Source: Octopus vulgaris
Taxonomy: Eukaryota
Length of the DNA stretch: 64,000 bases
Direction: 5' to 3'
Assembly: GCA_951406725.2 (NCBI GenBank)
Contig: OX597830.1
Location: forward strand, 50,716,001-50,780,000
The notes under the pieces were generated by a model. The model was not told where the DNA came from. It saw only the letters and a list, made by a program, of their open reading frames with translations, and did no database searches. Within the stretch, counting starts at the first letter, position 1, and each line of letters begins with the position of its first letter. Made by a program: the position numbers and the translations under genes. This document shows, in pieces, positions 53,680 to 64,000 of the stretch.

Positions 53680-53704
53680 TATACATATATATATATATAC
53701 ATAC

Positions 53705-53753
<49 letters not shown>

Positions 53754-53766
53754 TGTAAATATATAT

Positions 53767-53833
<67 letters not shown>

Positions 53834-53866
53834 TACATACATATATGTATATATATATATATATAT
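53575..53866. repeat. (TA)n microsatellite
   Basis: Direct reading. Confidence 0.97.
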
Positions 53867-54934
53867 GATTTTGATGAAAAGATAATATTTCAGTGGTCAA
53901 GTTGGCGTATTTTATAAAAAAATGGCTTCAAAGTCAATATTTCGGGCGCTATAGTTGTTTGCCATATTGCCGTGTTTGTTTAACTCATAGTTCTATATAG
54001 ACACGCATAAATGTTTAGTAACTGCAAATATATCCCCATCTGTGTTGAATATATACAGCTTTGTATATAATTTATTATATATGAAGTCACTGATGCTTTA
54101 ACAGAACGGCATAGTGCCCAGTTATTAATCACTTCTACACATCAACATCAACAGTGATAAATCAAAATCAATATTTACCATAAAAAGAGCATCTGATAAG
54201 CATCTAATATGCAAATAAACAGATCTCTGTTTGCATATAAGTCCTAGACCAGTGATCATTTATTTTTCCAGGTAATCAAAATACATGGTATTGACAAGCT
54301 GCAATAATGGCGAAATGTTGCCATCGTCGGGGCAAGTTGTCTCGTCAGGTGTAGAACACTCGCTCTTCATGAACACTTACCATCGTGTGCGAAGGTTTCC
54401 CCGGACAATATGCCACAGCAAGTGGGCGTTTAAACCAAACAAATACAATACATTTGTGCGATCGACAATGTTTACATTACTAAGGCTGATCTTAATGCGT
54501 AGTACAATTTTGATTCATATATATATATATATATACGCATAGAAGACGGGTTTCTTTCACTTTCCGTCTACCAAAAATACTGACAAGACTTGAACACACA
54601 CAAAGACACGGACAAACACAACGGTATAAATATGAATGTGTGTGCGTTCAAGATTAATAGCGCAACGTCGGCTTAAGTCGTTCGCTATCCAAATACAAAG
54701 GTTTCTTTGTTGAAGTAAAAGGAATTATATGCACTTTTGAATAAGGCTGGAGCTTTTCCTGTCGAGAGTTCCAAATGAACATACCTAACGGCAGGAGGTG
54801 CAAATGAGAGTAGCTACATTAAACTCCATTCTACACCAAGTGCCACATATTAGAAGGGGCTCTCAGGAATAACAGTGTAGCAAAACGGCGGTACTCCAGC
54901 TATGAGCTGAAATTACAAAAAAAGTATGAGTGGC

Positions 54935-56615
54935 TCTTCTTTCAAAAAATTAAAATTTTTTTAGAAAAGCATAGAAAGGACGGAAGTGCCCGAGTCAAGC
55001 CCGAGATGCTACACAAGTAGAAGAGATAGAGAGAAGTTCAACTCAGGAAGACTACGATTGGTGTATACATATACATATTTAACATGATAGAATTGTCTAA
55101 AACATTTATTAATTCATTCAGAATATAAAGATATAGAAACATAAAAATATATATGAATATTAAAAATACGCAAAGACAAATAGACATTTAGATATATAAA
55201 TATAATAGAGTATAGATAAAAATATAGATAAGAATAATGAAATATAGAAAGATATTTCTTTTAAAAATTCAAAATAAATTATGGAATAGAAGGAGTAATA
55301 GATGTTTAAAAAGAGTTTTTGGTACCATGTTTAAAGGAAATCAAATATTCCGACGATCATTTCTAGAGTTCATTCAAAGAGTACAAATGAATCTTTCGAT
55401 TCACTTCCTAAGAATGCCCCCATCATCAAGGAAAAAGAAAAGAATAGTATTTGTGCTAGAAATGTATTAAATGGTTTTGCAAGTATTAATTAATTTATGT
55501 TTCATATCAGAGTCATACGCGTTATGGAAATTATTAACAGGGCTGGTGGGAGTTTTTTATATTTTTTATTTTCTTAAATTATATCCAAGCGGCAATATAT
55601 TGTTGTATTATAGAAAATGTTACTATGTGAGTTCGAATTTAAATTTACTCTTGAACGTTGAATAATATCTATGGTTACACTTATGAATAACCTCAGAAAA
55701 TTTATTTCAAAGAGTGAAATAAAAAATGCGAAGGATTATGTACGATTCTTTTATACACAATCGACATCTGCCGGATAATGGTATTGTATGTTGGTGCCTC
55801 ATCTATGATCGACCAAGACAATGTATAATTAATGTTTTTGTAATTTTAGATTGTGTATATAGCTTGCTAACACCGTAGAGTTTCTATGTTTTAACTTATT
55901 AAAGGAATTTACGTGTATTCTATTCCGTATTTTTAAAGTCTTTGGTACTTCCTATATATACCCTAGTTTGCTGTTTTTCATTTGTCGCTGTACATTTATA
56001 TGTTACATTTTTGCGTAGACATAGACCGGCGAACGGACATAATTCAGTGTGCCTACAATTTCAGGTTTTTGGCTTCCTATTTATACTTTTAGTATTATTA
56101 ATGTTATTTGGAGCTGTTATGTATCCTATGGTATGGGCTTTTATTAATTTGGAGTTGAATTTTATCCCTGCTTGTAGATGCGATAATTGAACCCAACTTC
56201 AGCATGGTAGAGTAAGATAATTTTATTGTATTTCTGTTAAATATAGGATAGTTTTTATGGTGCTTGGGGGAATTTAGTTTAAGACTTTTGAAAAACTGTT
56301 GTGGTAGATTTTTAACTCTTAGCGAAAACGGGGTACGGGCAAACCATATAATTTGTGTTTTCCTAGATTTAGAGTGAGTTACCCCATCCGAGTGTTTGGG
56401 CATAGAGGGATCATGTTTATTAAAATTTCTAGTTATAAAAAATTTGGTAGGGTTAATCACAAGTTTTCTTATAGGTTTATAATTTAATGAGGGGGTTACT
56501 TTAATTATATCAGAGTTACTATGAGGTGTTGAATTAGCTAATTTAGTTTTGAATTTGGTGTTAGGGATGTAGAAAATATGGTCATGAAAGCCGCTTAATT
56601 TTAGGGCGATTATAA
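54935..56615 (-). mobile_element. Penelope-like element 3' part (linker + GIY-YIG endonuclease + terminal region)
   Basis: RKTQIIWF..PFS...IFNRNTIKLSYS; NCRHTELCPFAGLCLRKNVTYKC...VYIGSTKDFK; hammerhead downstream. Confidence 0.88.
55348..55432 (-). ncRNA. Type I hammerhead ribozyme in the PLE terminal region
   Basis: UUCC-UUGAUGA-UGGGG...(GAAUC gaaa GAUUC)...CUCUA-GAAA-UGAUCG-UC-GGAA. Confidence 0.7.
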
Positions 56616-56702
56616 AGTGGTGCTTGAAGATCTCCTATATATATATATATACGTATATATATATATGTATGTGTGTGTGTGTGTGTATGTATACACACAC
56701 AC

Positions 56703-56746
<44 letters not shown>

Positions 56747-56920
56747 TAGTTCGATTTGAAAACCCCATAGAATGATCTAAGTTATACGATGTATAGAAAC
56801 ATGTAATATACAAATAAATATCTGTAAATATAAAACCATCCGAATTTCTGAGTACCTCATTTCTTCTAATATAAAATACCTGTATATCATCTCCAAACCT
56901 TCCAATTCATATATACATAT

Positions 56921-57026
<106 letters not shown>

Positions 57027-57479
57027 TATCGGATGAATGTAAATTCTTACTTTAATTGGAATTATTTCGAAATATTTCTTTATGTCTTTTCGTCATATTT
57101 TATTTACAAATTGTTCTTATATAAATTCGTATAGGTATGAAAGCTTGTATAGAAATAATCAGTATATGATTTAACGTATTAAAGAATGTTCAACAAATTC
57201 ATTTATATTTCTGTAATGGAGATTAGATGTTAAAATTGATTATAGATTTCATTTTTCATGTTGCTATACATTTGCTTTTTTTTACAAATGGACTCAAATA
57301 AATATTCATAAACAGAAAATCGTAATAGTCGGATTTGTACTCGTCAGTTGCTGATAGAAAAACTAAAAAGACGTTTCACGCCGATAGATTCTTTCTTAGT
57401 TATCATTTTGCGATTATTATATTCGTTCTTCCAGTCATGTCTATTTGAATCAAGAGTAAAACACATTAAATGGGTTCTA

Positions 57480-57792
57480 ATATATGTAATATGAGAAACA
57501 GACATTTTCTCTATGAAAACACTGGTCAAGGTGTATTTGTATCTACGCTGAGAAATACCAAATAAGGAGGTATATATATTTTCAAATAGATACTTAGTTT
57601 TTACTAAGTATCTGCCGGACGAGATAGTGAAGATGCCGATGACCGCTCGGTTCAAAGTCTCCCTTGACCACAAATGGCCTGAACTCTTTGCATGAACACC
57701 ACCCCGTACATAACTCCGTGTCCCCCTACATGGCCTTGCTTTTTGCTTTTTGAGCCAAAAAATTAATTTAACTTAACTTAACTTAACTAAGT
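57480..57792 (+). mobile_element. Possible LINE 3' end with (TTAAC)n tail
   Basis: C-rich then T-rich UTR-like segment ending in TTAAC repeats. Confidence 0.3.
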
Positions 57793-58528
57793 CAATTCTC
57801 AAAGACAAAAAAAAAAGTTAATTTCATACATTTCAGCACATGCACCTTCTAACAAAAATAACAAGTTCTGTAGATTATGCCAAGAGGAAATCTATAAATT
57901 AATGAAAAGAAAAGGGACCCTAGATACTACAAGAGATGAAAAAGGTTTTTCAAGTAGACACATGAGAATTAATTAAACAAGAGTGATTTATTGATATGAT
58001 TTAATGTCACACTAAAATCTTTAATTCAATTTTTAAAACTATAACCATGCCACACTATATATTAATAGCTTAATAGAACTACACATCATAAATCTATAAA
58101 ATCCAACAGCCAAAATTATCTATTTGACTTACATCCAGGCAAAATAACTATAAATTTTTTGTGAAACTTTAAATTATTTTAATAAAATATATATATCCAT
58201 ATGTAATACTTATAGATATAATATCCCCTTTGAAATATGAAATACCTATCCATATTTAATACCTATAAATGTAATATCCTCTTTAAAATATGAAATACCT
58301 ATATGCTTATACATACGCTTGTATGAATATAGGCGAGTATATTCATGAATTCGCATATGCATATAAGTATTACATATGTATGTGTAAGTACATAAGCCCA
58401 CGCGTATGTCTGCAAATATATATGGGATTGCGTGTCTGAAATATATATATGTTGACAGATGTTTCCGAATATAGACATACATCCGTGTAACACCAACTGT
58501 GTGCGTGTGTGTGAGAGTCTGACTGCCT

Positions 58529-58586
<58 letters not shown>

Positions 58587-58596
58587 GTCGATCCTT

Positions 58597-58673
<77 letters not shown>

Positions 58674-58782
58674 ATATACATACATACATACAAACAAAGA
58701 ATAAGTCCTGGGGTCGATTTGTTCGACACCAGCATGGCCGCAGTCACATGACTGAAACAAGTAAAAGATTAAAGGAATACAT

Positions 58783-58862
<80 letters not shown>

Positions 58863-58868
<6 letters not shown>

Positions 58869-59085
58869 TTGCAGCGTGGAAGGTGTTTGTAAGCCATTTA
58901 AGAAACACACAAAAGCCGTTCGATTCACTTCAACATATAAGTTTTAATTTATCAAAATATTTTCGTCGCTATAAGACCGCGACCTGTTCTTAAATGGCTT
59001 ACAAACACCTTCCACGCTGCAATTGTTTTCGTTCCAGCACACGATCTCAGATCAAATCACTTGCCATGCAAGCACATCTCTGTAA
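58863..59085. mobile_element. PLE-like terminus with a perfect 42-bp inverted repeat in (TA)n
   Basis: Arms 58863-58904 and 58987-59028; partial hammerhead GUCGC..GCGAC-GAAA-AUAU-UU in the spacer (-). Confidence 0.6.
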
Positions 59086-59088
59086 CAT

Positions 59089-59144
<56 letters not shown>

Positions 59145-59248
59145 GTATATACATGTGTGTGTATGTATATATAAGGTATATATATATATATATACAGGTA
59201 TATATATATATGTTTCATATATATGTGTATATATACATATATATATAT

Positions 59249-59300
<52 letters not shown>

Positions 59301-59679
59301 GCACAAACACGGACATATATATACATATACAAAGAAATATTTCACATGTTTCTTACACCATTCCATCAATTGTCTATACCTGTAATTTCGTAATTAGTAA
59401 TGTCCTTCCTGGCTTGCTCCTTTCAACTTCTCCAGATCAATAGAGACAGTTACGTTTCGTCGTAATACCCCAGTAATTACAGGTATCAATATAAAACGGG
59501 TGGAATAGCTGCTGATATCTCATTACCTTCAAATAGATATCTCCTTTTTCCACTTATCTTTAACATCATCATAACATCTGCTGATCAACTGATTTCCTCT
59601 CTTCTCTGATTAAAACATTGTCTTTCGCAGCCTATGACACTAAAACCTGTAACTGGTGGAAAATTTTCTTCTCCTTTAT

Positions 59680-60678
<999 letters not shown>

Positions 60679-60694
60679 ACTACACGCACGCACG

Positions 60695-60756
<62 letters not shown>

Positions 60757-60784
60757 TGTATATATCTATTTGTATGCATATCTG

Positions 60785-60815
<31 letters not shown>

Positions 60816-61075
60816 TTGTATACCTATGAAAATATGTGTACATGTATATATGCGTCTATATGTGCTTATGTGATTGTTCCCGTTTGTATATATTTATATG
60901 AGCGTTTGTGTACGTATATGTTATGAATGCGGTTATACTAAGATATTGTATCAAACGTACACCGATTTGAAAGAAACACATATAGTGAGAGAGTGAAAGA
61001 GAGAGTGGAAGAGAGATGGAGAGAGACTGAAAAGAGGGAACTCATATAAATGTGTATGTATGTGTTTGTCTCTGT

Positions 61076-61118
<43 letters not shown>

Positions 61119-61606
61119 GTGAAAGTGAAAGAAAACCAGAGAATGAAAGAGAGGTTATAAACAAAAGAAATAGTGGGACTATAAAAAAAATTGCTTAGTA
61201 ATAAAAGTAACAACGAAAGAAGAAAATCCAAACAAGAACGCAATAAAAGGCAAATAACAAAGGCGACTGGTAAAATGCATAATACACACATACACACACA
61301 TATATATATATGTCTGTATATAAATATATATGTATTTATATATTATACACACACATACATATGTATGCGTATGTATGTATTTATATATTCTTGTTTTTTT
61401 TATTGTTTGTGGCATTCGTCAGAGGCTTTTCCGGACAATGAAATCAAGAAATATATTGATATTACGTCTGTCCAGGAATAAGTCAAATGGATTTATTTGA
61501 TATTTTGATAAGGTTGTCTGCTCCGCACTGAGCGCTGTATCTCACCCTGGTTGCATCATTTCTTTCTTTATCTCCATTATTAATGTTGCCGTTGTTTTTG
61601 TTGCTG

Positions 61607-61860
<254 letters not shown>

Positions 61861-62089
61861 AGTTGGTTTGAAGTGAAAAATAGTCGTTACGTCACATTAC
61901 TCATGCTACTACACTAATCTCAAACGAAATACAAACATTTCTATATAATCTACATCTTTTATTCACTCTTAGCTCATACGTTATTGTTGGCTCCTACCTA
62001 CCTACCCACCAACCTACCTACCTACCTACCTACCTACCTACCTACCTACCTATGTACCTACATTTGGTGCGTGTGTGTGTGTATATGTG

Positions 62090-62398
62090 AAGGGTAAAAG
62101 GTAAAGACCTCTTCTTGATCATGAATAAAAATGAAATTGCAGCTAGAAAGTTACCCTCCGAGCAGTCACCCATGCATATCAGCCTGCCCTCTACACCCCA
62201 CCAATGTTAAGAGAAAGACAAAGGGTGACTCAGCTTGACACCAGTAACATCGCAACTCAATTCTGCAGTTGAGTGAACTGGAATAATGAGAAATATAACG
62301 CCTTGCTCAAGAACACAACACACACTGGTCTGAGAATCGAACTCAGTACCTAATGATTGTGAGCACGACACTATAACCACTGGGTCATGCGGCTTCAT
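62090..62398 (-). mobile_element. tRNA/CORE-like SINE family E with (CCTTTA)-type tail
   Basis: Minus strand TGACCCAGTGG A box, GAGTTCGATTC B box, GTGTTCTTGAGCAAGGC, tail CTTTACCTTTTACCCTT. Confidence 0.7.
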
Positions 62399-62840
62399 GT
62401 GTGTATAAATGTGTGTGTGCGTGTGTGTATGTGTGTGTGTGCGTATGTGTGTTTGTGTGTGTGATATCAGTAGGTGAGACCAAAATTAGCTCAGTATAGA
62501 AAAGAAATTGTAGTGCACAAATGAATTTGAACTTAAATTCCGATTTCGTCCAGGGTAATCAAAATCGAGATGCGATAGAGGTAGTTAGGTAGATAAAAAT
62601 AATTAGGGTTGATATGTATATTTACATGTAGCACAGATAATACAGATTTTTAAAAAAATATGTATAGGGATAGAAATTACGTCACGTCTTATGCCGACAG
62701 CAGTTTCAGGGTGACAAAAACATTCAGAATAAACATAGTTTACGGGTGATATATGCACAAAATCATAGTCAACCGGTGACCAATCAGATGAAAATATTAC
62801 AGGAAGTCCGGATTCCCCTTTCATCACCATATCGGCATGT

Positions 62841-62906
<66 letters not shown>

Positions 62907-63216
62907 GTATATATAGTGTTTCAGCAGACGATTCCGATAGAATAAGTAATAGGCTTTAAAAAATTTGGAGTCGATTTGTTTGACTAAAACCCTTCAAGGT
63001 GCTGCTCCAGCATGACCGCAGTCAAATGACTGAAACAAGTAAAAGAATAAAAGAATATGTTTTTTTTTTTATTTTCATTCTGATTTTTCTTGGTGGCTGC
63101 TCCCCTTACATATATGTACGAAGCCTAACAGATTCCGAGAACTACTTCTCTCTTGAGACAATATGTTTTTATATTACCCTGGGTTCAGTGACATAGACGA
63201 ACTTTGACACACCAAA

Positions 63217-63446
63217 GGCGGTGAGCTGGCAGAGACGTTAGCACGCCGGGCGAAGTGCTTCGCGGTATTTCGCCCGTCGCTACGTTTTGAGTTCAAATTC
63301 CACCGAGGTCGACTTTGCCTTTCATCCTTTCGGGGTCGATAAATTAAGTACCAGTTACGCACTGGGGTCGATATAATCGACTTAACCCGTTTGTTTGTCC
63401 TTGTTTGTTCCCTCTATGTTTAGCCCCTTGTGGGTAATAAAGAAAC
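63217..63446 (+). mobile_element. SINE family A (long, Tx1-like tail)
   Basis: Complete copy ending TGTTTAGCCCCTTGTGGGTAATAAAGAAAC. Confidence 0.92.
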
Positions 63447-64000
63447 AGTTGTTTCGACATCATTGTGTCTCTCTATATTGAAAAGGCTACATCTGGATGG
63501 CTGCTGCCTTTAACAAGAGTCTTACTTCTTTTCTCATATTTGCTGATAACAATATATTCAACTTCATAAAATTTTCCAAAAATATTAAAGGTAACCAAAT
63601 ATGTCTGTAGTCTTACGATATGGCGGCTTAAGCCTTTACGGTACAGTTTAGACTGAGTACGAATATATGAAGGGTTTTCTAGTTTTACACAATGTTATAA
63701 CAAGAGTTTTTCAACCGATTGGATACTGATTATGAACAGCGATTGATTTCCAATGAATACGTTAACCAACAAGTTGTCATAGATTGCAGGAAAGGAGTAC
63801 TTCAGCTGATCACTCATGAAGTGCAACGGTGAACGACTTCAGCGGCTCACGAGATTATATAAGAAGAATTTGGAAATTGTTTATTCAGAAAGAAACAACA
63901 AACGACTTGGACAGGCAACATTATTTTTAGACAGGTCGTTGGTCGATGAAATATCCACAAAATGATTGCAATCATATATATCATGTTTTGTATGCGTGTG

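Overview
A eukaryotic, AT-rich window saturated with microsatellites and repeats. I found no recognisable intact host protein-coding gene, and almost all listed ORFs are translations of (TA)n, (CA)n, (GATA)n or (AAT)n arrays. The repeat content resembles an octopus/coleoid cephalopod genome (inference only). Supported elements: two Tc1 DD34E transposons with TIRs, a mariner remnant, a hAT MITE, Helitron pieces, and Tx1/L1-like, R4/Dong-like, RTE and HERO/NeSL-like LINE fragments. There is also a Penelope-like (GIY-YIG) element and about 30 tRNA-derived SINE copies from at least five families. Most notable observations: (1) a tRNA-headed SINE carrying a minimal hammerhead ribozyme fold; (2) several more hammerhead-like motifs, mostly in short inserts within (TA)n arrays; (3) a SINE whose 3' tail matches the 3' end of a Tx1-like LINE in the same window and which forms 184-bp concatemers with a recurrent junction; (4) apparent partitioning of microsatellite types among element classes; (5) two long palindromes. 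All folds and alignments were done by eye.
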